DNA of 63,795 nucleotides, filler included, from Dirinaria sp. TL-2023a (Eukaryota), in the NCBI GenBank assembly GCA_051941275.1. It is 24 parts of 24 records of this genome, joined end to end, with 100 filler letters (N's around TTAATTAATTAA, not from the genome) between each part and the next. Parts side by side here need not be neighbours in the genome. Positions count along the whole stretch, not along the records: positions 1 to 2,613 come from JAVEBF010002246.1; positions 2,714 to 5,322 come from JAVEBF010002247.1; positions 5,423 to 8,030 come from JAVEBF010002248.1; positions 8,131 to 10,728 come from JAVEBF010002249.1; positions 10,829 to 13,417 come from JAVEBF010002250.1; 19 more parts are not named here. The stretch is one strand, 5' to 3'. This document shows positions 1 through 13,517 of the stretch, piece by piece. The first letter of the stretch is position 1; each line of letters opens with the position of its first letter. The position numbers and the translations under genes were made by a program. The notes under the pieces are model-generated. The model saw only the letters and a program-made list of their open reading frames with translations, searched no databases and was not told the origin of the DNA.

Positions 1-1324
1 GGGGGGAAGTATGTCGCGCTGATATATATAAATAGGGGTAGGTAGGTAAGTTATAGATGTATTGCTTGCTGGTAGCAGCAGGATCTGAGAGGGGATGATA
101 GGGATGCTAGTGTAAATGAATCAGGTTGTGGGGAGGGGGGACGGGATTATAAGTCTTAGTCATGGAAATTTTAAAAAGGGGAGGGAAGGAATGAGGGATA
201 AGCAGGAGGGAAGAATTGGTGGAGAGTGGTACTTGGTTTTTGACGACCATGGTTTCAAGAGACTGGTTTCTTATCATCTGAATGGGATAGGTGGTGTTCA
301 GGGGTTGGGGTTTGAAGATGTGATGACAGTTGTTTAGATATAGCCATATAATACAAAACCAGGATCTTCTAATGTTTTTCTCCTAGAGAGATCGTTGAAA
401 TCTATAGTCAGGCCAAATCTACCCTTCAAATCGAAAGTATAATAATACCCCAGCCAGATCGAGATGTTGATAGATCTGTTTTTGTAGCGAAAGAAAGAGC
501 TGCCTACATGAGATAGCTTCTCGGCTTCGCACATAGAACTATCATAATGGTTCCGCTTTCTCCAGTGCTATCATACATGGTGCACGTCTTAGCTCCCAGA
601 TATGAACCATTAACCGACGGCGGCGGCGTTGATTGAAAGCTGAAAATATTTTGCATCTCATACTAAAAGCCTGATCCCCTATCTTTCGTCTGTAGGGATA
701 AACTATCGGATCCAGTGCCGTATCAAGAGAAACCATAGGATGTGCAAGTCATGATATGCTGCTCGGCCGCAGACTGAATCCGGACCATGGACTTGGTAAG
801 ATGCTCGCGTGCCATAAAGTGTCACTTCACATGGACCTGGCATACAGTTAGTCTTTCGACATGAAATAAGCCGAAGACCTTTGTTCCAAATGACTGAAAG
901 AAGAGTAGGAGAGGGGATAGAACGAATATAATGAAATCGGCGACAAGGTGTCTGAAATAGATATAATTGCTATAAGCTTATGCGTCAAATAATTCGAGTA
1001 TGTGGAACATATCAGTGCGCACGACGTCGCCATATTTCTTATGGTATTCATGAAGGAGCTTGCAATTTTGAAATCTTGCCATATCCCCCGCTGAGGCAGA
1101 AGTAGGATCACGTATGGAAGAACGAAATCAATAATCGTGCTTAAAATGTGTCTAAAAGTGCCCCTTGATTGATCGAGTTGACTACTGGCTCGAGGTATAG
1201 TATCACAAGTGCTAGTCGGCCGACTGATCTTTTCAGCTGAAATCTGACTTGAATAGCTGCCGCATACTCTCATTGAAAGTGGGCACAGTCTATCGCTCCT
1301 CTGCTATGATCCCTTTTCGGTTTC

Positions 1325-2107
1325 TCACCGGTAATATGAGACGATCTCGTTTACGATCTTGACCACTTCCCCCGTTTTGGTCAGATTTGGGCAGTGACCA
1401 GTTTCAAGCTCGAACGTGTGCACCTCTTGACCGTCCGCCTTGATACGATCCACCATGGACTTCTGATAATCGAGCGGCGTTGTCATATCTTGACTTGTGT
1501 AGATGTAGGTTACCGGAATTTCTCTCCATGCGCAATGCTGCACCTCCTGGTACATGCATTTGCCATTCCAACGCACCATGGATGATATGTACGCATCAGC
1601 CTCGGAGTCATCGATTCCTGGGCCAACCAACAATGTTTTCGGATCTCGATCCACGCAGCTGTCATCATCGGCGAAGTCGAATGCGAGCGGTAGGAGATGC
1701 TCATGTCCAAATTCCTTAACCTTACCAACCATAGAGCCACCTTCCGGCAGAGCGAAGGCACACATGTAAATGAGATGAGCGACACCGCCATGTAGAGGTT
1801 TCTCGCGCTGAGCGCGTGATTTGAGACCCAGGCCATGCAGAGCGTTGGTGCCGACTTGACCACCGTAGGAATGCATAATGGCGATGACAGTGTGGCCCGC
1901 GTCGATGAGACTCTCCACGTACCCACGAACAAGCGCTGTGTCGGTGGCGAGGTCGGTGTTGGGAGGTCTAGCACCGTTCATAGAGGGAAGGGGAGGCACG
2001 TGGACTTCATACCCTTCATCCTTCAGAGAGCTTGTGAATTTCGAGTAGGTGCTAGGTGTGTGCCAGGCTCCGTGCACGAGGACAATTACAGGCGTGCTTG
2101 CGGCCAT
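1325..2107 (-). CDS. Alpha/beta-hydrolase (Abhydrolase_6 / methylesterase-like)
   Basis: Intronless 260-aa ORF with VLVHGAWH oxyanion motif, HSYGG nucleophile elbow, Asp in YTSQD and GHCP catalytic His. Confidence 0.9.
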   Translation of the reverse strand: MAASTPVIVLVHGAWHTPSTYSKFTSSLKDEGYEVHVPPLPSMNGARPPNTDLATDTALVRGYVESLIDAGHTVIAIMHSYGGQVGTNALHGLGLKSRAQREKPLHGGVAHLIYMCAFALPEGGSMVGKVKEFGHEHLLPLAFDFADDDSCVDRDPKTLLVGPGIDDSEADAYISSMVRWNGKCMYQEVQHCAWREIPVTYIYTSQDMTTPLDYQKSMVDRIKADGQEVHTFELETGHCPNLTKTGEVVKIVNEIVSYYR

Positions 2108-2613
2108 GATCGATGTAATGGCGGGTGTTCGATTACCAAAACAGATTCAATTAGTAGAAGTATAGAGGATAGAGGCACTCATTTGATGTCTCATGGTTGG
2201 CAAGGCGGCATAGTTGATAGAATATGAGGGTGAGCGTATTGATCTCCTGAAGGGACTCAGCGTCATCCTTGTCGCCGGTCCAATCTTTGATGCAATTCTC
2301 AACCTGCTGCCTACATAAGGTACCGGGACAGCTTGCTGCTAGCAGGGGATGTGCCTTCGTCTTATCCCTTCTAAGCCTACCGGTACCTAAGTGGTTGCCT
2401 TAAAGCTTACATAGGCTTTCAGCTACGTTCAACCCAAACCCCCCCCCTCCACCCCCCTTTACCTCCTCTCTTCAACCTCACGACCTGTCTCAGATTTGCA
2501 TGATCGATCGTTCGCTCTATGTTTGAACCATTCAGGAGACATAGTATCAAGACCATATTGCTGTTGCTCAAGCAATCATGATGAACGTCCGAATGTGCGC
2601 TTCCCGCAAAAAC

Positions 2614-2713
2614 NNNNNNNNNNNNNNNNNNNNNNNNNNNNNNNNNNNNNNNNNNNNTTAATTAATTAANNNNNNNNNNNNNNNNNNNNNNNNNNNNNNN
2701 NNNNNNNNNNNNN
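2614..2713. other. Artificial contig-joining spacer (N44-TTAATTAATTAA-N44), first of 23
   Basis: Identical 100-bp spacer with stops in all six frames. It recurs at 5323, 8031, 10729, 13418, 16106, 18792, 21461, 24127, 26791, 29451, 32110, 34765, 37418, 40069, 42719, 45368, 48013, 50654, 53294, 55931, 58557 and 61177. Intervening contig lengths fall monotonically. Confidence 0.98.
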
Positions 2714-3118
2714 CTCTTTCCTCCTCTCTGTTCCCTCTGCATCATCCACCGTCCGCCCGCCTCCAGATCTATTTCCCCTGGGCTGTGCCGTTGTCTGGTG
2801 TACCATCCAACTCCGTCTCCGATTCAGCTTTAACGACAGTTCAACCTGTGACAAAGCCAGTCTCCTTTATGGATGCTGGCACCCAGACACGTCACGATCG
2901 CTGTTGCTTTTCGTAGTTGAAGCTGTCGCAACACCTAGCGGTGCTGCAGCGGTTGGCTGTGATTGACCTGCGCAACAACGACAATCGACGATCAAGCGGA
3001 TAATCCAACTTTCGATGACTACATCTGTCCCTATAAGCAGCAAGATATAAGCCCTTCTGACACGTTGCATTTGTACCTGCTGTTGTGCATTATTGCGAGA
3101 AGAAAAAACAATTTGGCC

Positions 3119-5093
3119 ATGTCGGTCACTGCAGAAGTTCCCAACGAGGTGCGGGAGAACGTGCGCGTTAGTTCGTCTCCAGGCCTCTCTTCTCCCCCAA
3201 CGCCCTCATCACCGACACAAGCCAAACCATTGCAGCAATCCCCATTCCACACCAATTCCGGCTTGCAGCCCGACGATGGTCAAAATCATGCAATTAATGG
3301 TGGTGAGGAGTTCGGAGGCGCTAAAAATACCCTGGCCCCGGTAAAGAAACCGCGGAAAAAAAGGGACCCCGCAAACACCGTCAAAAAGCAGTCCGACAGC
3401 AAAAATGGCACAACTGCATCCACCGCTTCTGATGGCAAAGATCCAGCTGTCAAAACGCGGAAACCCCGAGCTGCTCCTGGTACATCGACCAGAGGACGGA
3501 AACCAAAAGCTGCCGCCACGACTCATGTTGATGTTGCCCAGGGTTCCTTCTCCGGCCAGAGCAAAATCATCGATACGCTAGCGCCCGCGCAACCACTTGC
3601 AGCCTCGCAAGGTCCGCCCACCACGCTCATGGCCCGAAACGGAAATATTGAAGCTATTCCCACCATGCCCGGTTCGAATGTCCCTACACAAAAACTTACA
3701 CCGCGCTTTAGCGGCCAGAACTACGATCCTATCCGATCTTCTGCATATGAAGTTCGATCTATTTCATCGACTCCGTCCAATCTCAAACCTCGGTTTTCTA
3801 CCCCGCCGCGCCCACCGAATTACGGAAGCGCAAGTAATTCACCCTCCATCTCAAGCCTCATCGATCCACCTGGAAACGTGCATTATCCGCAACTCAAGCG
3901 CAACAGCGAAGGCAACGACGCTTCACCGCCCAAACGCTTCCGATTGACTCCACCCGAGCAGCCTCTTCTGCTGCAGCACGTACCCGAACCTGTCCCCCAA
4001 CCCACAATACTTTCGGACGCTCTTGCCACAGCCGACAATGCACCCACTCCAATGGAGCTCGACAAAAATGAGCAGATCACTGCCAAGCCTGACCCTGTCG
4101 TCCGTAAATCAGCCACCAGCACCGGAACCTCCACCCCAGGCAACACCGCCGCCAAAGCTCGTCAGAAAGAAGCCCCCGTGGCCATCTCGTCAGGCAACGG
4201 TCTTCTTTCAAGTGCAGTCTTCAGTGGAGCGGACGGTACCAGTGGCACAGAGAAGACTGCGCCGACCATCATACTGGATGTACCGCTCAACGGCGAAAAC
4301 AATAAATACGTCAACTTCGCTCGCTTGGCCGAGGAACGCTACGGTTTCAACGCACTGCACCCTCGCCTCGCAGCCCAACGCGAGAGACTTGCCAAAGTGG
4401 CTGCCGCCGGCGCAGCGCTCGAGAATGCCGAGAAGAGGGGGGCCGGCTCCGGCATGTCAGGCGATGATATGTCCGTCGACCTTTCCGAGGGCGAAGGGGC
4501 AGGCGATGACAGCAACGCGGAAATGGGCGGCATGAGTCTGATCGAGAGAGATGTACTGGGCGTGAGACGTTCCGACGGCGACGGCAGCGAAGGGCCGGTC
4601 GTGAAGAGGAAAAAGCGCGTCATGAAAGAAGACCAGTACGACAAAGACGACCCGTTCGTCGACGACGCAGAACTGGCCTGGGAAGAGCAAGCCGCCGCCA
4701 GCAAGGACGGGTTCTTCGTGTACAGCGGTCCGTTGGTGCCAGAAGGCGAGAAGCCGAATGTTGAGAGGTATCTATACACTTTCCATCCACTCCCTCCCTC
4801 CCTCCTTACCTCGTCCCACGTCTAGATCATGTCACTAACCTCGGTCCCACCCAAAAAACAGAGCCGAAGGCCCACCCAAGCGCGGAAGAGGCGGTGGACG
4901 TGGCCGAGGCTCTACTCGAGGCACTCGAGGCGGCGGCCGCGGAGGAGCAGGAGGAGGAGGAGCAAGCGCGGCCGCCGCCGGCACGCGGAAACCCCGAATC
5001 ACGAAAGCGGAGAAGATGGAGCGGGACAAAGAGAAAGTGCAGCGCGAGAGCATGGCCCCACTGGCGGCCAAGCCGACGAATTTCCCCATCTGA
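3119..5093 (+). CDS. HPC2: HIR complex subunit Hpc2 (HUN-domain histone chaperone), 2 exons
   Basis: Long low-complexity ORF with YVNFARLAEERYG and the HUN-like DQYDKDDPFVDDAELAWEEQAAASKDGFFVYSGPL. Intron 4768-4861 (GTATCT...CACTAAC...CAG) joins an RG-rich last exon ending at TGA 5093. Confidence 0.85.
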
Positions 5094-5422
5094 AAAAAAA
5101 AAAAAGGCGAAAAAGGATCTCATGACTATGGCTTTTCTGGGCCGCGGTATCTTGATATTTTTCCTTTTCTCCCTCCTTTATGTTTTGCTGACGTGCGTGT
5201 TCGACCCGTGGGAGTATGAGGGCTGCTGAGAGACACGCCCCCTCTTAAAAAAGAACACGTCTTTGCTATTGTAATCCTGTTTGCAAAAAAAATTCATGTC
5301 AAGCTTTTTTCTTTTTTTTTTTNNNNNNNNNNNNNNNNNNNNNNNNNNNNNNNNNNNNNNNNNNNNTTAATTAATTAANNNNNNNNNNNNNNNNNNNNNN
5401 NNNNNNNNNNNNNNNNNNNNNN

Positions 5423-5919
5423 TTGCGAAGACTTTGCCGAAACTGTGCAAGGAGTCTGCGAGGTCATGCTGGTCGTTTTTGACAGTGAGGTTTCCTGCTT
5501 CGTCAAAAGCTTTCAGTCAATGGATCTTCAAAGGCATCAAGGTGCTCGGTCATTCCCTCTCAGTCGTGGCATCACGGATCGCTTCGTTCCTCCATACCGT
5601 CTTCACCGCTGTAGTATCGACTTTTCGCAACATGACTCTCACGAATATCTGGAGTGGCTTCTGCGACGTCCTGCGCGCTGTATTCGTGGATTCTCTTACC
5701 ATGATCTGGGGTTGGATCCAGGATTTTGGGGAAATGTCATACCGTGTCATGAAGACTCTTAGGGGGGCTGTTGGTGTGATGTTTTGGTCGCTTGGAGGGG
5801 TTCTTGTTGAGTTAGCTGCATATGTCCTCGAAAAATCCTGGATTATTATTTTCAGTCTTGGTGGATCGGCGGCTAAGGGTTGGCACGAGATTATAGTTTG
5901 GATCGACCCGAAGAAGTGA
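5423..5919 (+). CDS. 3' end of a hypothetical membrane protein (5' truncated)
   Basis: Open frame from the contig edge to TGA 5919, hydrophobic and Trp-rich, ending GWHEIIVWIDPKK. Confidence 0.5.
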
Positions 5920-6110
5920 GTTGATGGCTATAGGTATCCAAGCTTGACAACACAGGCCATTTCTAATTCTTACTGCCCTGTCTGAATTCTATCGCATCTC
6001 TCGGCTCATAAGTAGGGGGTGCGGGCGCCGATTATGTGTAATAGGTGAGGTGCGAGGGTTGCGAGCCTCCATGCATATATGCGTACTTTCGGGTGCGACA
6101 CAACACTATC

Positions 6111-8030
6111 TTAGGAGATAATATGCACTGGAATCGGTCTAACATCCACTGACTCACCCTCCTCATCAGTATACTCCCAATGAGTTAGGCGCTCGCTCCG
6201 CGGCAGGCCGAGCAAATCACGGAGGACTGCTCGCTTTACGGTGTCCACCTCCAGGAGCAAGTGCCACTTCGTTAGGGGCTTAAGAATCGTGAGACGATCT
6301 TCAGGTCCAACCCAGACATGGCCCCCCGGTTTGATCAAACTGCTCACGTCCCAAATACATTTCCATGACTTGCCGTCCGCTCTATGCATCCAATGCCTTT
6401 CGTCGGGGCAGCCGCGCACCTTCCGCAGCTCATTAGCCGGAGGGAGACCCTGATTGATAGAGATAGCTGTCTCCAGGATTGAAGGGCTTTCAAACCACTG
6501 TGGAGTCTGCTGCCTGCATCTTGGGCTGTCTCCCAGCTTGTCTTCAACGGCCACAGCGACTGTCATCGAGTATGTGGTGTCCTTGAGAAATTTCACCCAC
6601 GTCTGATCTTTGGATTTTAAGGTAACACGCCTCGGTTTATGGCAGTCTGGAGGAAGCCACAAAATATTGAACTCATCCCTGTCTTCGTCGTAACCCGTCT
6701 TGAATAAGGTACGCAGACAGACCAGAAGAGCCTTGCCAAGCTCATCCCTCCACAATGGTTCTGTGTCCCAGAGAACCCCCAGAGCGCGGGGATCTGAGCT
6801 TGTGACTGCTTTGAAGAATTTGAGGCGCCGGTCACTGCGACCATCCGTACGCTGATCAGTCCATTGAAAGCGGCTGAGTAGACAAAGTACGCTGTACTCG
6901 CCAAGCAACTCAACCAGACGGACACGTCGCGCATTCATTGTGCAGAGGGATACGGCAATACCCCAGAAATTTTCGAATTCCCTAGGGTCTTGAAGCTGCG
7001 GCTCGTGTTCCCAGGCTACCAACAGGCCTTTCTTCAAAGGCTCCTCTCGAATTGTCCTATAGGTTCTATTGCCGCCTACCTGAACACCATGACTGCCGAG
7101 GATCAGCGAACGCTGCTCAGAATCAACGAAACGGAAGGACTTCGAGGCTAGAATGTGATTCAGACGACCCGCCTCTTTGAGTTGCTGCTTGAGCTGATCT
7201 GCAGAACAACAACAATTGCTCCATTGAAGCCGAGGAACTGCGCCAGCGCCAATAAGCAACATCTCAGATCCACTGAAGGGCGGCGAATCCATCTCGTTCC
7301 ATACGTCTTCCTCATCATTGCTGCTGTTAGAAGTGTTATCTACATACTGTTAGCTGGCTGTGGCAGATTGCTGTGCATGAAGCGACGAAGAGCTCACAAG
7401 AATCAGTGGAGCATTGATCGCCTAGTTCCATGCTGTTTTGCCAGTGACAAAGACGCTGGTTATTTTCCAGGGCGGGATGTATAGCAGCGTCTACTGGCCA
7501 AGGGACGATAGAGCCTGCTCCAACGTTGTATCTGGCAATCATGCCATCCCCATCATTGTGCGCAATCTTCCAGACGGGTCCCCAAACATCGGAAAATGCA
7601 TTAATGTCTGTGGAGAAGTACAAATCTTGCGCAGGGACATTTTCCTCACACAACACCCAAATCTTACGATGTCTTAGCAACCCTGAAAGACACTTCAATG
7701 TCAAGGGTCTTAAACATCCTGATAAGCGTTCTCTTGCATGGTTGGAAAATCTTATCAGGCTCTTTTCTTGCAACAAGAATGAGCCCTCTAGATCTGCTGT
7801 ATGCGCGCATTCGTAGGAGAGAACAGCCAGATCTAGTCTCTCGATCGTGGAACGGCAAAATCCAAGATGGCCTATGAGGAGACGCAGATACGTGGCTTTA
7901 GAATCTTCTTTATCAGTCGGCAACCCGTATAATTCTTCAGAATAAGTAAAGTTTTTACGGTTTAGCTCTTCAGCACTTGCGGATGGAAGTAAGCACCGCA
8001 TAAGAGTGACGCAACAATTGTAAACTTGGG
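6111..8030 (-). CDS. Fungal hypothetical protein (5' truncated, 1 intron)
   Basis: ORFs 7336-8001 and 6111-7292 join in frame through intron 7340-7397 (GTGAGC...GCTAAC...TAG). No family recognised. Confidence 0.65.
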
Positions 8031-8130
8031 NNNNNNNNNNNNNNNNNNNNNNNNNNNNNNNNNNNNNNNNNNNNTTAATTAATTAANNNNNNNNNNNNNN
8101 NNNNNNNNNNNNNNNNNNNNNNNNNNNNNN

Positions 8131-8901
8131 CGGTCTCGAAAGGCCGAGTAGAACACCCAAGAAACTCCAATAGCAATAATAGCCCTGGATCGTCCAGTAG
8201 GCGCCGAACCAGACCCCGAGACTCGTCGTGATTCGCACGGAGAGATTCTCCATTGTCAACGTTCTGTGCCAGAGACGGCTGAAGACCGGAATCTGAGAGG
8301 GATCATAGAGAATGGAATTTTGAGCAGGCTGACGGTTTCCGCGGGTGAGGATGTCACTGAGGAAGTAAGCGATCGTTATGATGAGACCTTTTCGAAGAAG
8401 AAATTGAGAATGCGATGGGATGTAAGCGAGACAGGAGCGACAGTAAGGAGGCGTGTGAGGAGTTTGATGGGAAGAAGCGATGTAGCGGTCGGAGAAGGAG
8501 ATGTAGAGACCGAAACGGACGCGGCTCCATACTGTTGCTTTGAGATCATCAGGAGCGAGAGTTTCCTTCTGCTTCAATACCGGGGTTCTAGCTTCCGCTT
8601 CAGCCTTGCCGATGAAAGAAGAAGCATCGATGTCGAAACTCCACCGGTTTATCAGGACTTTCTCGAAATAATGCAGTACGCCGCCAAGCGCTTCTGCCGA
8701 AACAAAGGCTATCCATGGTGTGCGACGTATCGTTTCGTAGTATTGCGGAAGCAGATAAATGTTCCAGGCTACGAAAATGGGAAAGACTAAGATTCTGACA
8801 AAAGAAGATTTAGGTACGAAAGCGACTATCGAGGCGATTGTCATCCGCTCGAGAAGTATCAGCAAGAGAGGGTTCGAAAAGGCAGAGGGTATTAGTGCCA
8901 T
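8131..8901 (-). CDS. Membrane-bound O-acyltransferase (MBOAT_2 / wax synthase / TRI7-like), 3' truncated
   Basis: Multi-pass hydrophobic ORF with R..FGL...FS.RYI..HQTP.TPP and SQFLLRK motifs typical of fungal MBOAT_2 N-terminal halves. Confidence 0.7.
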
Positions 8902-10998
8902 AGCGATTACATACCAACTCAGTGGATTTGACCAGAATTGAGGGTGGGGAGGGCAGTTTCATGGAGGGAAAAAGAGACTGGTAAGGTAGATAAGCGGCAT
9001 GAAACGCCTAGTAATCTGCGAGCAATGTATGGAGCAGAAGTCATGCATAGTGGGGTAAGATCGGTAGGACTATCATCCGACGTTTGGTTTGCGATGCGAT
9101 ACACGAGCATTTAAAAGTACCTGAAGCTGCAGTGACTTTTCGTGCTGCCAATAATAGCTATTTGTAGGTAGTTGTAGCAAAAAAGCAGGCGACAGCAACG
9201 TGATTGAGTTTGACCTTATGCTGGATACCGCTAGCTCATCACCTCAAACAGTTAGCTCCCTCATAGCCCTCATAAAGTATGGGGTTGCCGGGACCCGATC
9301 GTTTCAAACTCTTCCTCTTGGAGGTACATATGCATGACGTGACTTCTGCTCCATACTCTGACCTCCTACAGAATCTCGGTGCGGGTAAATGCGAGACCCT
9401 GATGACGATTGAATTGACTGAATCCAAAGGTACAGTACGGAGTACGGAGTATAGTAGTTATGCTGGCGACTACTGCTGACTAATAGTGACTCTGGTGCAA
9501 TACCAAGCTCTTGGCGCTTTACGAAGGGTTGCTAATATGACTTATGCTCGTACCAACACCAGTATAGTGGCTTACCCAAGCGCTGTCCCCCTTCACAATA
9601 TAATGGCACAGTAATATCGAGGTAGCTCGTCCTAAGTCGTCTCACCGCTTTGATATCGTCTGATTTCCCTCGCCGAGTACACCGTCCTATGAACTCCTTC
9701 ACAAAGAAAATTCGATAGCAGCTTATCCCAAAATCTCTAATCGGATTGAGAACTGTTATGTTGGAATGACGTAGAAGTTAGGACAACGAAAAATTAGTGA
9801 TCGATATGGTTTTAATAATAACTAGAGACTTTCCTCAACAAAGAATCGATTGAGAGTGAGATGCGCAATGTTGGCGACAGCGAAACCACGGGACACTATA
9901 TCATCACCGAAGAGCCATATTTAAATTTAAAACTCATGAGATCATCAGCAAGCAGTAATAATGCATAGCTAATGCCTTAAACCCGATTGCATGAAAGTGT
10001 ATGTATTCTCATCAGAACCTGAAACATAAAATCCAATAAGGAAATAGATCTTTCAGAAATCTTCCCCTAGGACGTCTCGAAAGAAAGAAAAAAGAAAGCT
10101 AATAAGCTGTTCTCTAAGAGCTGAGCGATACCGAAGTACGGAGCTTGCGAAAGAGCCAGGCAACTTGCATACAGTAGCTTGACCAGGGGGAGGTATCTGG
10201 CGAGCGAGGAATGCCATGATTTGCTCGCCATTGCCCACATCAAGGTATTACGTGGTATTCCACGCTATGCATACATCTCTAGCATAGAGTTTAAATGATG
10301 CATGCAGTCTCTATGGTGATGGATCTCTCTGTTCATGATGTGTACATCCCAATCTCCTAGCGCCGGGTGCACTGCCACACCAAAAACAGGTGGGCACGCA
10401 TACAGCCTGTCGAAATCTATGATCAATATGGTTTTCTGCTAACGCAGCAATGCGCTTCGATGTATTTCTTTTTTTTTTTTTTTAAATATAAAGGAGGAAG
10501 ACAGAACGAGCGATTAATGCTGAGGAGGTATTTGCTGGATCAAAGTCCCACCAATGCAACCTTTAAACGAGCTAGCGCTTTCAAAGTGTCAATATACATG
10601 TAGACGGCCTCGGAAGGGATCCATGGCTCGTCATCTGGTATGTGACTTGCCCTAGACACACTATCTGTTACTCTCGCCGCATTCGGTGCAAAAAAAGTCT
10701 CTGAGGACTGCAAAATGAAGAATTGAAGNNNNNNNNNNNNNNNNNNNNNNNNNNNNNNNNNNNNNNNNNNNNTTAATTAATTAANNNNNNNNNNNNNNNN
10801 NNNNNNNNNNNNNNNNNNNNNNNNNNNNACCTTATCCCACTGTTAACTTGCGGACCTGAAAGCTGTTCGTCTTTTCAGCCTGACCAAGGATCGTAACCAG
10901 TGTCTGAATGTGGCCATACTATATCTTCTGCAATGTCCTCCCAGTGCAAAATCTCATGATCATTACCCCTAGGATTATCATCGAGATTGAAAAGGTTG

Positions 10999-13090
10999 CT
11001 AGCAGTCCAAAACGTCAGTGACAGTGCCCTGCCCCTTCCATGTATTCTGGCCTGATGTATTGAATGTTCTTCTTTCCCTCTGCCTTTGTAGTCCAACCTT
11101 TCTCCCCAGCTCCTCTTCCCTCTTCAATAGCACACATGTTTGCAACTTCTCTGGATTGTAAATAAAGTGCAGCACAAGCTCTCTGGACGCAAGCGCATCC
11201 TCTAGACAGTCGTGCATCCCTTCCTTGATGCATTGAACGTCGACATTCAATATCTCTTTGCACATCTTTAATCCAAAGATTTTTACGCTCGGTAGATCAA
11301 TAGCCTTTGCAGCTAGGATTGCCGAGTCTACTATTTGGGTATGAAGCATGCCCAAGACTTCAAGATCATGGTGCAATGACTGTCCAATCAAAACAGTGCT
11401 TGCATCTATATGCTGCCAAAGCTCAAAGCGTGCTTCAGCCCAACCTCGCACACTTTGGCCCCGCGCTCTCGCTTCCATCATCATTCGCTCGGTAATTCCC
11501 GTGATTTCGGTCTTCCATCTTTTAACTTTGGCTGTTGGGAGCACAAGGGTATTAAGAAGCGTTTCACCGCTCAAGGAATCTACTGCGGAAACTTTGATCA
11601 CTTCAAGCCAGAAACCATCGGCCCCTATAACGTCACGGATCTCGCAATCTAGGGTTACGGCCGGGCACTTTGGTCTTAGAGGATCTTTTTCAGGTGTCCA
11701 GCTGTATTTAAGATAACGATTCTGTTTCCGTCCGTCCATTGTTGGGAATGCATGAGAGGGAAAGATCTCGCTCATTTGATTTCCTTCTGCGCTTGTATTG
11801 TGTGCGCTCACTTGATGCTCGTTATTTTGAACCTAAGGTGGTTATAAGATGGACCTCCTTTCTTGATTGAAGAGCAACACTTACTACGCGTTTGTTTTTC
11901 TTGAGACTTGCGTTGCATGGAATTTGATGCTCCTCAATATCTCTTTGTCGCTCTAGAATGGATTAGACTGCTTGCATGAGGACACTAAAATTAGAAAGCG
12001 TACTCTTGCATCCCTTACACCTTTGCCATCTCAGCAAATCTTTAAGTGTGTACTGACGAAGGCGATAGCCATTTTTCTCAAGATCCGAAACCGGATGACA
12101 CAAGTCTCTTAACATCTTTAAAGCCAACGGCTGTTCGTATAGTGATATGTTTGGCCAGTCCTTGCCTAAGTACTTCAGTTCTTCATGTCCCATTGATCCG
12201 TAAACATTAAACAAGTTTGATAGTATTTGTAGAATTGGTGGACGTTGCGCCTGCACATCTTCTGCAAGTGAGGCTTGACTGATCAGAATCGAAGATCTCG
12301 CGAACGATACGCCGTCCTTATCCTTTCTCCGGTCAAGGTGAATTTCGAACCAGTAGCTTCCGTCGCACATTCTTTCCAGTTAATAGACGTTTCTTGACAA
12401 GGTGCAGTGATGCCACTATAGTACCTATGTCCTATGGCAAGTGGGTGAGATTGGTTTCCTCCATTTGATTGAGACGTATTCTGCTGTTTATCCTTGGCGC
12501 ATGTAGAGCGAGGTGGCTCTCATGCGTCTTCTTCACAGGGGAATTGCACGAGCATAGACTGCATTGGACCACTTTGTCAATCGAGAGAGTAGATGCGTGT
12601 CCGCCATTGAGACGCGATCTATGGTCTACTTCCTTGCCGATTGCAGACGCCATTCCCAGCGGAGCTCTCTCTTAATTTCGAGTCTGATGGTCCTTGAGGA
12701 ACACTGGTGATCTTTCAGAGCATCGTGATTTACGAAATCACAGCGGCCACAAGAATGGCAGCAAAGGATAGTCTTTCCTGGCGGTTTGAGCTTTGTTGTA
12801 TTTGCCACTGAGTGACTAGCTTTAGTGTGCGCAGCAAGTGCTCCTCGTGACAGAAAAGAGCGGCAACACTGGCTGCAGCGAAAGTCAGGTCTACCAGACC
12901 TTTTCACCTTTCTAGCAGTCGAAGGTGCAGTATTCGATGGATTCGATTTTGTTTGCGATTGATCTCTGAAGGTTGTCCCGCTAGAAGCCTTGCGCACAGC
13001 TGGTTCATTGTGGCCTTTCGCAGTCTTGTGCATCTGCAGAGCACCAGGATCCTTGAAGGAGCTGTTGCACACAGCGCAATGTACAGGCAT
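10999..13090 (-). pseudogene. C2H2 zinc-finger + DEDDh (REX/RNase T-like) 3'-5' exonuclease, apparently disrupted
   Basis: Exo motifs LDCE, GQSLHHDL, DSAIL and HDCLEDA lie in 10999-11811. CxxC...H...H fingers lie in 12432-13090. The segments sit in different frames and I could not join them by clean splicing without a stop or frameshift. Confidence 0.6.
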
Positions 13091-13517
13091 GTCTTCGGAG
13101 GTCAAATGTGAAATAGTTACCTGCTCTGAAAGGTGGCTACCTCACCCACTGCTCACCCAGCTTGTTCGGTAGAAGCGGCAATGCCCGCGGAGCTCTCGGC
13201 TGAGTGGGAGTCGATTGGAGTACATTAAGCCTTGGCACATGGCTTAGCGCGACTTATTCGATCTTCATTTCGCATAACTGAGAATACTCTTCTCCACAAA
13301 CGTACATCGCAATTGAGGTCTTTCCAATGAATCCTCGATACACGTATTGAGCGAGCGATCTATTGGAGTTCCAGGGAGACAGTGTCAACCGACGAGTAGT
13401 GGTTGCTTGTATAACAANNNNNNNNNNNNNNNNNNNNNNNNNNNNNNNNNNNNNNNNNNNNTTAATTAATTAANNNNNNNNNNNNNNNNNNNNNNNNNNN
13501 NNNNNNNNNNNNNNNNN

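Noticed and set aside
334..1273. Short minus-strand ORFs, faintly 2EXR/F-box-like at 542-736
   Set aside because: They are too short and degenerate to support a call.
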